From Octopus vulgaris (lineage: Eukaryota): a stretch of DNA of 64,000 nucleotides. A model generated the notes under the pieces. The model was given only the letters and a program-made list of their open reading frames with translations. It made no database searches and had not been told where the DNA came from. Numbering within the stretch: position 1 is the stretch's first letter; the number at the start of each line of letters is the position of its first letter. Below are positions 34,470 through 48,841 of this stretch, one piece after another. The translations under genes were made by a program, and so were the position numbers. The DNA is taken from contig OX597824.1 of NCBI GenBank assembly GCA_951406725.2, positions 30,070,001 through 30,134,000 of the forward strand, in the 5' to 3' direction.

Positions 34470-35181
34470 CTATATATATGAGTGGACAAATGGAAGAAAA
34501 GGACACTCAACACATTTAGTAGGAGTTCCCGTTAGGGGCCTTTGAAACTTGTAGTACAGAACCAACTAATGTTTCTTATATATGCACACACACTTGTATA
34601 AAGATACACACACACATATACATACATACACACACACACTTACATATATACATATACACACACATACATATAGATACTCAGAATATATATATATAAATAC
34701 GTGTATTATTCTCGGCCATTCAGTATCGGAATGAGAATTGAAGGAGTTGCTCAAGTCTGTAGAACTTATTGGAATTCCTATGAAACAATTTTCTTTCACA
34801 TATCAATTGATATAAGGGAACTCCTTATTTATTATATCTGAACGTTGGTTGTTGCTGGTTAAAACCCTAAACTATCTGTCCTACAAATTCTGTGATTTTT
34901 TTTCTTCTTTTCTTGTCTCGTTTCCTACTATATATACGCTGGTTGACACACATTCACAACTTCTCTCTCTACCAGTCACCACTGCTATAACAATATATTT
35001 AAAGTTTTTAAGGAAGGCTGACAAAATCAGCTTATCAAGATTTTTTTTTTTGTGTGTGTGTGTTTTTTTTCTGTTTTACTTGATAGATGAAAAAAATAAC
35101 AAATAAGAGAATACTCCACTTATATATATTATCTTTCACTTGTCAATCTGAATGTAGGAGAAAAAAAAACTTATTTTCCAG

Positions 35182-35219
<38 letters not shown>

Positions 35220-38200
35220 CATTATTATCATTATTATTATTTTTATTATTATTATTTTGTAGTGGTCCCCACATGTTTTCTTTCTATAGATTTGAAAGTG
35301 TTTTTTTTTGTTATGCTGAAGAGTCAAAAGTGTAGGTTTTCTATCTACAGGGGGGCACCAAGGAGATAGCAGTTTTGGCTATCAGAAAGGTTGTTTTACT
35401 TAGACTGATGTGAAAACCTGTCCTCTCTCTCTCCCCCCACAGTCCTCCCTCTCTCTTATCAGGATTTTTTTTTTTGTACTCTATTTTTCCTTATTAGTCT
35501 TATTGCTTTGATTACTCACCTTTTGTATCTAACCATTGACATTGACCACCCCTTGTCTTCAGTTTTTATCTTTTGACAAGATCACACACATCAGACCAAC
35601 CCAAATATGCCATATTGTAACTTCATTTTTTTCTTATAAAAACCTACACTTTATGTTCTCAATAATTTTACATCTATATTCTCTATTACATAATTAAGTT
35701 TCAGATTTTTTTTTTCTTTCTATCTATTTCTTTTCTGAAATCCAATATTTATTTTTGATTGATCTGTCTTCATACCCTGAAATCTATTATTCCTTTCTGC
35801 CTGCAATGATATTTATTTTCAACGTTGATTAAAATAGTAGAATGTTTGAAACAAAGAAGAATAAAAAAAATTAAAAGAAAATAATAATAATAATAATAAT
35901 AAATAAAAGACCGTCTTTGTGGGAAAGCAATTGAATTTTATTTTCTTTACTTTATGTATTTTTGTGAGCAAAAAAACTAAAGATAAAAAAAATTGAGGAA
36001 GAACACTTTTTTGTAATTCTGTCTTAGAAAAACAGGCCCTATTTTCTTTCTTTTGTCCTTTTTTTTCTGTTTCTCAAACTCCAGTATAATTCCATCTGCC
36101 CTGACTCTGTGAGAGGGGAAATTCTCTCTCTCGCATATGGCAAAGTGCTTTTCCATCTTTGCTCGCTTTCTACATCCTACAATGCAACAGCAGAAGCCAA
36201 CTGACCAAACCACTAAAGTTCTCTTGCCTCACTCTTCTACTGCTGCCAGAAAGGAGACTAAGGATGTTTTTGACTCTGCTACACACACACATACACACAC
36301 AGAGGGTAAAACTACAACATTTTTGCAAGTGTCAAAACACACACCAGGGTAACAAAATATTGGATTCTCTTCTTTCCTTCATCCCACCCCTGCTCCCTCT
36401 CCGCACTTTTCACATAGTTTACTCACCCTTCTTTCTAACCCTATTCCTTCTCCACTCTTTGTACTAGTATATTTTCTTTAGCTTTTTCCTCTAATCATCG
36501 GCATCTCTGCACTTCAGAATGGCTAAATCAAGATGCAATAATAATAATAATAATAATAATAAAAGGTTTAGATTTTAAATTGTCAGAGATTTCATTTTCC
36601 TTTGTTGTTCTTGTTTTGGTTGTTGTTTCTTTTGTTTAAAAAAAATTTATTCTTTCATGTCATGTTCTAAAATCAAACAAAAAAAAATGTGTGTTATTTA
36701 GAAAACAGATATCATCAGTGTTGGTAAGCTGTTTATAAGTAAAGTTGTGTCTCCCTATGAGAATGTTCTACATGTTGGCAGTTTCTCTGTTTTATATTTT
36801 ATTTTACAAAATATTCAACAGAAAAGTCTCATCCTTTGTCCAGTTTTGCTTTCATTTTAAAGTCCACCTTTCCCCTGCTTATATGTGTCAAATGGAATTT
36901 GTTTAGGCAGATGCCCTTTCTGTTGCCCACCCTGGAAGACTATAAATGATCAACCTCTCTTGCATGAAATGATGCTTCTTAACACCCATCACATGTAAGC
37001 AAGGGTATACATACAGACACACACACAAACAAACAACAGGCTTCTTTCAGTTTCTGTCTTGCAAATCCACTGGAAAAGCTTTGATAAGCCCAAGGCTATA
37101 GTAGAAGACACTCAAGGTGCCACACAGTGGAACTGAACCAGAAATCATGTGGTTACAAAGCAAGCTTCTTAACCACACGGCCATGTATGCATCTATGTAA
37201 GAAATTGTTTGCAAAAATATAGGGTGCCTTAAAAATACTTGCTAGTATTTAATTGTATTTCTTCACATGCTGAGTCCTACCGAAGTTGATTTTACTGTTT
37301 AGTCTCACAGGGTTGATAAAATGTGTAACCATTGAAGGGCAGGAGTCAGTTGGGTTCAAATAATTCCTCAGAACTTGGCTTTCATCCTTCTGACAAGCAG
37401 AGAGAGAGAGAGAAAGTAGGGGGTGTCAAAATAGAATGCCACTCAATTATTTTGTGTTGATTTAATATTTCTATAAAGTATCCTCAATCTGAATGGAGTA
37501 TAGTAGAAAGTTTGTAACTTCTACAAATTCTGCTCTTGTTAGGTAATAAACTATTTCAGTATTGAAGGTAGACAAACGTTTTTTTATCTTTGTCATCTAA
37601 AACTCAATATGAACTTCAAAAATCTTAAATTAATTACCAAAAACAAAACTAATACACTGTGTTGATCCCTGTTGTCAGAGTGTTGTAATGGCATATATTT
37701 TTCCTTCCGGTTCTTATATGCTACTTGAAGCACTTCTAGTCCTTCACTAACACTTCAGTATTAATAGCCTTTTAAATCCCGTTGCTAAAGAAAGCAAGTT
37801 GACTTACTGTAGTCAGTGAACGATGAAGTGGTACTAGACTCTCTTCCACACTTACCGTTTCAAATTTAGCGATTAGATCTGGTTAATTAATTAATTACCT
37901 TTTGGACACTTTATAAATCAGTTAGGACCCTGTGAATTGTCTCTACTAGCTGGACAAACTTATGAAGATAACAATGAAACAAGATATGTTAATGATCTAT
38001 ATAAAATCAATGAATGGATTAAGCCAACTGTTTTAGTCTTTGGTAAAGTTCCATGTTTACCAGAACCAAGAATTTACAACTGAGTATAGTGATTTCTTTT
38101 GACAAGTCTCAATCCTGTGTAGTTTGAATTATTCCAATATAATACTGATACATTCATTAATTTAATTGATTGTGATGTAAAATTACAAAGTCAATCCTGG

Positions 38201-38369
38201 GATGATTTAAAGTCAGAACATACTAGAACCAGACTATAAGACATTTAGTCCAAACATTTCAATAATAATTTAGCTTACAGACACAAGTTTGTAAAGTAGT
38301 AGTTTAACCAATTGAATCAACTCCAGTACATAGCTGGTATGTATTTTAGCAACCTTTGAAAGAGAGCAT

Positions 38370-38580
38370 GAAGGCACACAGCCTAATGATTAGAATGTTG
38401 CACTCGCAGTCACATGGTCATGGTCTTGATTCCTGGTCTAGTTGATACATTGTGTTCTTGTGTGCAAAATCTTCATTCTGCTCCAGTTTACTCAGCTGTA
38501 AATGAATAACTCTGCAGTGGACTGGCATCCCGTTCAAGGGAAATACTATCTCATTCACTTATATGCCATGGAAACCTGGA
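38370..38580 (+). mobile_element. tRNA-derived SINE, family D
   Basis: GAAGGCACACAGCCTAATGATTAG head and TTGCTCCAGTCCACTCAGCTG...GGACTGGCATCCCGT core. Related copies at about 25322-25545(+), 26050-26275(-), 40275-40415(+) and 40560-40880(+). Confidence 0.65.
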
Positions 38581-38962
38581 TGGCTGGCACTGAGATAGCT
38601 ACGTCCAGGTATTGACACTCAGTTCTTTTTGCCCAAACAATAACTCGTACATGTATTTGTAACATTCCATTTCTACTTAACTAATCCATACCTTTCTCTC
38701 TCTCACACACTCATCCAACCATGCATCATGTATGTATGTATATGTGTGTATTTAGATAGACAGACAGGCAGACAAATAGATACATACATACACACAAGAT
38801 AGGCTTCTGCACAGTTTCCGTCTACAAAATTCTTCTCACTTAGGTATTAGTCATCCTGAGGCCACAGTAGAATACTCTTGCCCAAGATGCCACACAGTAG
38901 GGTTGAACTTAGAGCCACATTGTTGTGAAGCTAATTTCTTTTACCACATACACCCATATAAA

Positions 38963-39009
<47 letters not shown>

Positions 39010-42000
39010 TTTTAACACTGCAGGTTTCAAATTTTCGATTTACATTGTTAAGTCTTCTCCCCCGTTTAGTAATAAACTTGCAAGATCGAAGAATCTTGTA
39101 GTTTTTATTGTTTTATTCTATTTTATTTTGCTAACTTCCTAAGATATTAAGAAGTTCAAAATAGGTTCTTCCTTTTTATTATTACTTCTTGATGTAAAGC
39201 AATTCTTCTTGTCTATCAACATTACTATTAGGCTATATTTATTGCAAAGAAACATTGCCTGGAAGGGGACTGCTGCTGCTAGTGTTTCTGTTGAAGAGTT
39301 CGCCTGTAAGAAATATAAATTGGCCAGCTGTATTATTTCCCTTTGTTGTCTCGCAATCAAGCCAATATGTAAAATAAAATAAAATAGTACTACAATAGCT
39401 TGCCAGTCATTCAACAAGCACTGTTACTTGTGGTTTTACAAATGGAACAGTTACAAATCTGCCTTTCCAGTCAATAATGAGAAATGTTCACTGTTGTAAC
39501 ACACTGTTCATTCACCCTCTTTTGCAATCTGGCTATTGATTATAGGGAGACAAATATAAATGAAATGGGTTAACTATAAATATAGCAGTTTATCTAAAAC
39601 TCTTCCTCTGCACTTTGCTTAATGGCAACATCCACTGGTTCAAGGTAGCCGTATTTTTTTGACATAGCTTATCAATTTTCCTTTTTCTTTTTTTTTTTCT
39701 ATCTTCCCTCTATCTTTTATTGTTTATTAAATCAACATAAAACTGTTGCTGTGATGTCAAAGTTGTTGGCTTTTGTTTTATTTTTATGAATTGTTCTTTT
39801 TTAATTTATCTATTTCATATATTTAGCTGAATTACATTCTACTAAATAATGCGGCTTGCATTTTTATTTTTCCCTCTCCCTAAAACAATAGGAGAAAATG
39901 ATTCCTCTTCCCCCATCTCTTCTCTCTTTTTCAAGTTTAGCTGTTTGCTTTTCAGTTTGGCTCTGTCATTCCTGATTATATTTGCATTTCTCATTGCAAG
40001 AAATATTTCAAGACCTTTTGTATTTTAATTAGGCATAATACAACCTTGTCACTTGTATCTTGCCAATAATAAATGCATTAAAGATCATCATCATTAAGTC
40101 CTTATCTCTTTTGCTGTGCTTACATGACTTAATGGACTAGCTCTATAGAAACAGTTTGGATCGAATATCAACTATGATAATCCCCTCAGTTTTATACCAG
40201 CCAACCAAACTGGCTCTGTGGTGAAGTTGTTAGACGACTAACTTGTTAGCCATAAGTTATAATCTTATTTGGTAAAGGCATGTAGCTTAGTGGTTAGGGA
40301 ATTCAGCTTATGATCGTAAGGTCATGAATTTGGTTCCCGGTGGCATGTTGTGTCCATGAGTGAGACACCTTATTTCACATTGCTCCAATTCACTCAGCTG
40401 GCTAAAATGAGTGAGTACCATTATTGGATAAGGTTACAACAGGCTAAAAAAAAAACAAATATTAAAAAGAATAGACAAACTGTGAACTAGAAATGAGTCC
40501 TAGAAACATGCAGTCCTCAGATGGGGGAATCACACAATGGGCAACTAACTGGAATGTTTAGGCACATGGCCTAGTTGTTAGTGTTGCATTCACAATTGTT
40601 ATGCCATTGTTTCAATTTCCAGACTGGGTAATGTGCTGTGTTCTTGCGCAAAACATTTCATTTCATGTTGCTCCAGTCCACTCAACTGTAAATGAGTTCC
40701 AGCAATAGTTGGGAAGTTAATCTATGAAGGACTGGCATCATGTCCAGGGGAAAGGGAATGTTTTATAATTTCAGTTACTTATATTCCATGGAAACTTAAT
40801 GAAGCTTTATTCTTATGAATCTTGAGCAAGACACTTTATTTCATGTTGCTCCAGTTCACCCAGCTGTAGAAGTGAGTTGTGATATCACTGGTACCAAGCT
40901 GTATTGGCCTTTGTTTTGGATAACAATGGGGGTGTGGAGACGGGAGGGGGACTGGTATGCATGGATGATTGCTGGTCTTCCATAAACAGCAGCCTTGCCT
41001 AGACTTGCACCTTTTAGTTGTTTCATTCTTTGAACTGTTGCCTTGCTGGACCACTGGCTTGAAGTGTTCATTCAATCAACATAAATTGACATGAAATTTT
41101 GATGGAAGGTTTTTAACTTAAGATCTTTTTAAAACTGGAAGTTTGTACCTTAAGACGAAGGGTGGTTTCAGATGGGTTGTTATCAAAAGGGTTGAAATGG
41201 TAATAAGGCCCCAAGTTTTCTGTCAGAGGATCTAAAATAATATGCTGTAGTGGTTTAATACATTTTTGTCCCCAGTAGCATTACCAGAGCCTGAATCTTT
41301 CACAGGCCCCAATATACTGGTAGTGAAGGGCCTATATATTCTTCTTGAATATCATCAGTATTATCCTCACTTAACGTCACTTTTCCATGCTAGCATACAT
41401 TGGATGGTTTGACAGGAGCTGGAGAGGCCAGGAGCTGCACCAGGTTCCATTGTCTGTTTTGGCATGGTTTTTACAGCTATATGTCCTTCCTAACGCCAAC
41501 CACTTTACAGAGTGTACTGGGTGCTTTTTACAATGCACCAGCAATATTGCTTTTTATTTAGCATATGCATTAATTATATTTTAACAGCAAATATTAACTA
41601 TTTTTTAGTACAATGTCACTAGACTTTTCATTTTGAAACTAATTTCATTTTAATAAAACTTTTTCCAAGTTGAATGCTGTTCAACTCTGGATGTCATTTT
41701 CCTAACCTCATAGTATGAATATTTGTTTAGCTCACATTATATTTCTATTATGTTATGAGAAAAGAACTTTTTTTTAATGTGCAATATATCATCAGCATAT
41801 CTCAGATTGTTACTATTGTGAATGCCAAATGTTGACTAGGAAAAACAATTATACACACTTTATATTATCATTCGGTAGTAATTTAGTATAATTTATATTA
41901 CCCCTCATTAGTTTCATTTAATTGCTGCTAATTTGTATCATTGAATCGTTATTGTTTGTTATTTTGCTTCGTTTAGTATATATTATTACTTGTTAGTAGT

Positions 42001-42217
42001 AATTATATGTAAATAAATAAAGCGATTGTTGTTGGGGTGAAATTGCTGAGGTGTTAGATTCCAGCTTACTGTGGTCATGAGTTCACTTAGTACAGGCATT
42101 TCGTCCTATATGGTACCATTCTCATGAAACAGCAATGCTATTATACACTGTTAGTGAGTTAGCTGCCTAAGACCGGTGTTGTATCCAGAAGATTCTCTCT
42201 TGTCTCTCTCTCTCTCT

Positions 42218-42597
42218 CTTTACTCTTTTACTTGTTTCAGTCATGTGACTGAGGCTATGCTGGAACACCGCCTTTAGTTGAGCAAATCAACCCCAAGACT
42301 TATTCTTTGTAAGCCTAGTACTTGTTCTATCGGTCTCTTTTGCTGAACTGCTAAGTTACGGGGACATAAACACACCAGCGATGTTGGGAGTACAAACACA
42401 GACACACACACATTCATAAATGTATATATACATATATACGACGGGCTTCTTTCAGTTTCCGTCTACCATATCCACTCACAAGGCTTTGGTCGACCCGAGG
42501 CTATAGAAGACACTTCCCCAAGGTGCCACACTGTGGGACTGAACCCGGAACCATGTCGTTCATAAGCAAGCTACTTACCACATAGCCACTTCTATGC
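42218..42597 (-). mobile_element. SINE family A copy, full length
   Basis: Complete reverse-complement match from the TACTCTTTTACTTG tail to the AGCCACT head. A + strand head follows at about 42715-42870. Confidence 0.85.
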
Positions 42598-43639
42598 CTT
42601 AATCGTTACTGTTTATCATTACTGTATCCTAAGCTTCAGTACTAACTTTGTGAAATCTTTTTGTTGTAGAGTTATCAATTCTTTGCATTAAATTTTTTTG
42701 TCATTGTCTGTAAGCTTAGCTGTGTGGTTAAGAAGCTCGATTCCTAACCATTTGGCCTTGGGTTGAGTCACACTACACAGCGTCTTGGGTTAGTGACTTC
42801 TACCACAGCTTCAGGCCAACCGAAGCTGTGTGAGTGGATTTCTTAGACAGAAACTGAAAGAAGCCTATCATGTGAGTGTGTATACCCATTATCACATGAT
42901 GGTTGTAACTGAGCATAATCATCATCATCATACAAGTAAGGTTGTTTCCAGTCTTCTGCAAAAACCATATCTGGCCATGGTGATCTGTTACCTTGCTTGA
43001 AAACAAGTGGGGTTTGATAACAGGAAGGGCATCTGGCTGTAGAATATCTGCCTTGATAAACTCGGTCAGTCCCTTTCAAGCATGAAATGTGGGTATTAAA
43101 TGATGTTCATCATCATCAGGCAATCACAAACTCATCGTCATCATTTTATGTTTGTTTTTTCCTATGCTGGCGTGGGTTGAATGTGGTTACTGAGTCAGTG
43201 TTTTTATGGCTGGATGCTGTTCCTGTCTCCAACCCTTTTATACACAATTTATAAGACATGACTGGACATGGTGTACCTATTCTAAAACCAGGATAAATCC
43301 AGTCAGCTGGGTTTTTTCTCTTCTCTTTATATGTGAGGAGTGTGTTTCAGATGATATAAATCTCATTAAAAAAAATAATAATACATGCTTGGTACCCTCT
43401 GGATGTCTGTTAATAACTACCTCTTCACAGCGTGAGATGGGATTAAAAATTTTAATTTATAATCAAGGTATATGAAAAGGATACAAGGAATTCGCATACA
43501 CATGTGCACACTCCACTTGAAAAAGCTCTCATCAACTGCTACACACATGTCAAACTCACTCACCCCCATTCACATGTACACATTACACATACCATTCTCA
43601 CATACACACATACTTGTACACCTCCTCTTGTTGGGATCT

Positions 43640-43925
43640 CCATGAATTATCTTCCTCTTTATTCAGCCTCCTTTTATTATTATCTCCCTTTCGTTCACCA
43701 TGTTGGATCACTGAACTCAACACATTTTTTTCATTCTCTCTCTATTTTTTCCTCTTATACTTTACTGTTGAAGAGCATAGGTTCAAAACTTAAAAGATTT
43801 TTCCATTTTTACCCCCCAGGTGTCAAACTAATACACTTGCTTGTTGTTTCTACTTCATCTTTTTCTATCCTATCTTCATCTTTGTTTTTTTATATATTGG
43901 TTTTATATATAATTAGTTTTAAAAA
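43640..43925 (+). mobile_element. Degenerate PLE-like terminal fragment with eroded hammerhead
   Basis: The motif ttgaagag-catagg-ttc-aaaa-ctt-aaaaga (43768-43796) resembles CTGAAGAG...CTCGAAACGT after CpG-type decay. The downstream tail (ctaatacacttgcttgttgttt) resembles 30620-30692. Confidence 0.4.
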
Positions 43926-44612
43926 ATATTTTATCTTTGGTAAAATTCTTACAATTTTTAGTTAGTTGTAGCCATGTATAATACTATTTCATCCTTTTTA
44001 GGAATTTTCAGCAAAACTTAATTTGATATATTAAAATGAGAGACATTACAGTAAAATTAAAGAACAGCTGACAAAAAAAAAAACAAACAAACAAAAAAAT
44101 ACAGTAGAAATACTGTGCCGGGTCGCAGATCTTTTACAACTAGTATTCTACTGTTTGTGTCAAGAAGTATTACAAAACTTACCATATTTACAACACCACT
44201 CAATAAAGGCTGTGGATATTGATAAAGTAAATTTCTGAAAGGAATTAGTTAAGATTGCAGGATTGCCACAGATATACTGTATATGGCCTGGTAAATGGGG
44301 TGGGGGTTACATTGGAATTTTAGTTGCAGAAAGCAGCAATTGTAAATCATGGGATCTGTGGAAAATAATTAATTGTTGTAGAGGCTTTGATGATTTTGAT
44401 TTCTTTTGGTTCAGGGATGAAAGTTTTTTTTGTTGAGCAGAAAAGCTACAGTTGATTGAATTGGCTGCAGCATATTACTGGTATTGATTTTATCTTGTCA
44501 ACTCGTGAGTTTTGAACTCGGAATTAAGAATAGCGATGCATTAAGCTAAACAACTTGATCCAAGCTAGCGTTTTGATGTCTTTACCAAATCCTCTATCTA
44601 ATACTTTTGATT

Positions 44613-44647
<35 letters not shown>

Positions 44648-47600
44648 CACACATGTATGTATATGTGTGTGTGTAATGTTTTTCTTCTTTCTCTTGGCAC
44701 AAGGTTGTTTTCATAATGAAGGAGTGGAGAATATAATCATAATGCATAGCCTATCATTTTCTACAATACTGCAATTTAAGAATTTTCTTAAATATATTTA
44801 CATTTGCTTCCCACAGTTATTGTATGAGTGGATAATTTCTAGACGTTTATTTATTGTTTGTACTTTTCTTATAGAAAAATTGTTTTTAGAAAACTTGTAA
44901 TTTGACTGCATAAGTATGTATTACACACATAGTAAAGCTACTCATGACTAACTTAAAGATCATTTCCTTGAGGAGAGGGAAAGCACTATCTCAACAAGAT
45001 TGTAGTAGACTTAGCTAGGTCAGCTAATATTACAAGGAATACTAGAAGCTTCAGCTAGAATGTAATCAGTTCATTGTTCCATTGAGTGTATATAACTAGT
45101 ACTAGCATGGCAAGATCCTGATATAGATTTACTGATCAATACCATACAAGATGAGTTCCTTTATGCTTGTCATACATATAGCTTAACTTGCTGCGATTTT
45201 AGAATAACCACATTTCTTTTAGACCAGCAAATTGAAGTGTAGCGGTTTTCTTCTCCTTCCTCTTCTACTTCTTTGCTTTATTAAAAGAGAGATGGTTTTC
45301 AACAATTGTATCTATTAGGAATCTATCTAAATTTACACCATCACTTCATGCATTCAATTATATCTTCACTCTTTCTTATGTGATATCAACTCAAAAATAG
45401 TTTTTTTTTCTTTTTAGAAACCACCGCTATTCAAGACTTCTATACTCACCTTGTTTCTTTTCGCCCTTTGCTCCAGCCTCTGCATTTGCGTATGTGTTTC
45501 ACTACCATGCATGCAGCATCACACTTTGTGCACAGATGTCGTGCATTCTGCTCTTCAGTCATAACCAGGATAGGAAGATGCTCCTCCATCGCTAATTAGG
45601 TCACTAGGTAACAGAAGTTATCATCTGCTCCTAGGGAGCCCTCCAATCACCATCATCATTACATAATGTTTTCCATGCTGGTTTGGCTAGGATGGTTTGG
45701 CAGGAATTGGCAAGCCAGAGAGTTTCACCAGGCTTCAATTGTCTGTTTTAGCATGATTTCTGTGACTGGATGCCCTTCCTAACATCAATCACTTTACAAA
45801 GTATATTGGATGCTTTACATGTGGCATCAGTGCTTTATACATGGCACCAGCACTGATGCTTTTAAAGCATTTAAAAGAATTTATTTTATGGGTGCTGACT
45901 GGTCCTGAGTATCTACTATATTCAGAGTCCTTCTCTGAGCCTACCTGTGATCTCATTGTACTTTTTGTGTACCAGTTGTTTACACTGGGTACACTGGATT
46001 CTAATAATCACATAAATTTCCTATAATTTGATGATTTGGGTCCCATGATTTGTGTGTGTATAAAAATATACATGTGCATATATAAATTATATAAATACAG
46101 CTGTGTGTGAATGTCGGTATAAGATTGAGAGGTGGGTGTAGATATATTCTGTAGAAATGTATTTGTTATTGTAACTTGGACTACATTGAAATTCCGACAT
46201 AACTGCAACATAAAAAAGTAAAAATACAATGACAATAAACTGTATTGAATTGAATGAGCACAAGTTCAAGCTGCCTCTCTCTCTTTTTCTTTCTCTCACA
46301 TACACATACATTTGTGTGTGTGTGTGTGTATTAGCTGTAATGTAAATGGTTAAGATTTTTTTTTAAATATAAAGTATTATAAGACATCTGTGACATCTTC
46401 AGCGACATTTAACATCCTCGTGTGCTTCTGCTCTGCGTAGTACATTCCAATGGTCTAAGAGTATTATAAGATCTTTAGAAATATGGCCAAAGACAACACT
46501 TCCTATCAATGGTATTGGTGGAATTTGACCTCGACCACAACTAAATTCTGCAAATCATTTAGCATAGGGCTTTATATATTAATCTTCCAATTATGACTAC
46601 TGAAAGTCTATGATTGTTGAAGTAACTCTAGTCAGCTGTGGTCATGTATTCACAAATAACTGCTCTTGATAGAATGAGTGGTGGGAAAAAAAAAAAAGAG
46701 GAAGTCTCTATGTGATTGTTAGACTTTTTAGAAATAGCTGTCAAATCCCCTCAAATCATCCTCTATTCAGTTTTTTAAAAAAATAGGAAATCACATGGAC
46801 AGTGTCATCTTATAAACTTTAAAAAAATGATAGGATGGTCATGTCTGGAATGCCATGGATCATAGGTCTGATCAATCTATACCAACCTGTAGCTGATGAA
46901 CAATAAACAAGCAGGGTGAATGTCCAGGGACATTTGTTGCATAAAAATTTAATAGTGAAGTAAACATTGACACAAGCTAGATGGTCTGATTTACTAAAGT
47001 AAACTGCTATGATATGAGCATTGATCAACCAAATAGTTGTGATCGGTGTTTAATATGAACTGAAGGCAGATATTTATTTACTTAGAAGAATGTGTAGTTA
47101 ACCATAGCAGGATTGGAGCCCATCTCCTGTTACAATCTTTGGCTTTTAAAGCTTGTTTTTCACACCAATAACCAACATATTGTAAGCTTAAGCAAGGCTG
47201 TCACTTAAACTGAAATATGTAATTTCAACTACTTCCAGTTTGGTCTGAGTGTAAGTCTATCCTGTAACACCTGTGATTATCTGAAGTAAAACTACCAATA
47301 TTCTGCCCTTCTAGATTACAGGGAACTTGCCTTAAAAAAAGAAACCTGACTGTTAATTACAGAGTTCTAAAGCCTGTGTTGTTTTTCTCAACAATTTTGT
47401 TCCAGCCCAGTGATTTGAACAAATTAACTTGTTCATCTATCACTTTTTTTTTCTTCATTGCATTTCTCTTCCTTGGAGTTGATCTTTTTTCTTTATTTTC
47501 TTTTTCTCTTTGAGCATCTTTCCCTCAGATGTGTCTTGTTTAATTAATTTTGTAATCAGAATCCTTATTATTTCTCTCTCTATTTACTTTCTTTGAGCCC

Positions 47601-47719
47601 TAGGACTAAGAAGGCCAGTTATCCAGTTTCCATGGCATATGAGCCCAAGATCATGATATTCACCCTGAGTGGGATACCAAGCTATTGTAAAGTTCTAGGC
47701 TAACAATTTTGATAAAGTG

Positions 47720-48450
47720 TACAAGTTGAATAGTGGGATCAATATTATTAATTTATCCCCTCCCACTAAAATTGCTGGCTTTGTGCCAAAATTTGAAACC
47801 TTTATCATCATCATCATTATTTGTTTAGCACAACATATTGGCAGAATCCTTAGAATATTATGAAAAATGCCTTGCTCTTTATGCTCAGATTTCAAATCCT
47901 ATTAAGGCCAACATTACTTTTCATCCCACTAGAGTTAGTAAAATAAAGTACTAGTTTAGTAGTGGGATCAGATATCCCTCTGCTCAAAACAGCTATCCTT
48001 GTGCATAAATTATTATTATTAAGTTGATAAAGGTGGTGAGCTGGCAGAATCATTAGCACACCAGGCAAAATTTTTAGCAGTATTTCATTTGTCTTAATGT
48101 TCTGAAGTTCAAATTCTGCCAGAGTTGACTTTACCTTTCATCCTTTCAGGACCAATAAAATAAGTACCAGTTGAGTGCTGGGATTGATGTAATCAACTTA
48201 TCATCAACCTTGAATTGACTTATTCCTCTACTCTGAAATTGCTGGCCTTGTGCCCAAATTGGAAACCATTATTATTTAAGGCAGCAAGCTGGCAGAATTG
48301 TTAGCATGTCAGACAAAATGCCTAGTGGCATTTCTTCTGGCTCTTTATGTTCTGAGTTCAAATCACATTGAGGCCAGCTATAGTATGGGCCAAGTATTGA
48401 GGTCAGAGTAATTGACTTTTCCCATCCCTTCAAACATAGCTAGCCTTGAA
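47720..48450 (+). mobile_element. Tandem cluster of 3-4 SINE family C copies (Deu/Nin-like central domain)
   Basis: Repeated unit GAGCTGGCAGAATC...GTTCAAAT...GACTTTACCTTTCATCCTTTC...TAAAATAAGTACCAG...GCTGGCCTTGTGCCAAA(TTA)n. Other copies at about 24640-25200(-), 37265-37335, 51345-51450, 52445-52543 and 60545-60680. The domain name is from recollection. Confidence 0.7.
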
Positions 48451-48769
48451 CCCTGCAACAATCCATCACCCCATTCAAGGGAATGTTGTGATCTCAGTCA
48501 TATGCTGTGGAAACCAGGTAACCAGCCTTATGAGTTCAAGGGCCCCAGGAAAAAGTAGATAATTAATCTATCATTATTGTTTTGCTTATCCCTTTACATG
48601 TATTATTGAATTTCTATATTACATATATATTGATATATATAATTGTAAACAATCTTATATATAACAATTTACATTTTAAGAAAAATGCATTTTGTTTGTG
48701 TGTGTGTGTGTGTATATATATATATAATATAGATTTTCTTTCAATATGTTTTTTTATTATTATTTTCAG

Positions 48770-48841
48770 GGATTTACAGAGTAATATAATTATGGATATT
48801 CAACCCAACGATTTCAAAGGATTTGTTAAATTAAAGAAATT
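48770..48841 (+). CDS. LRIG: LRIG-family coding exon 2 (one 24-aa leucine-rich repeat)
   Basis: Acceptor tattattttcAG|G, exactly 72 nt, donor TT|GTAAGT. Phase 2-2 joins exon 1 in frame (TT+G = Leu) and gives DLQSNIIMDIQPNDFKGFVKLKKL, which fits the extracellular LRR consensus LxLxxNxIxxIxxxxFxxLxxLxxL. Confidence 0.9.

Larger units (their letters stand above)
17063..48769 (+). other. First coding intron of the LRIG-like gene (31,707 bp, GT-AG, phase 2)
   Basis: Bounded by GTAAGT and polypyrimidine-CAG. The spliced product is a continuous LRRNT-LRR1 with no missing residues. Confidence 0.8.
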
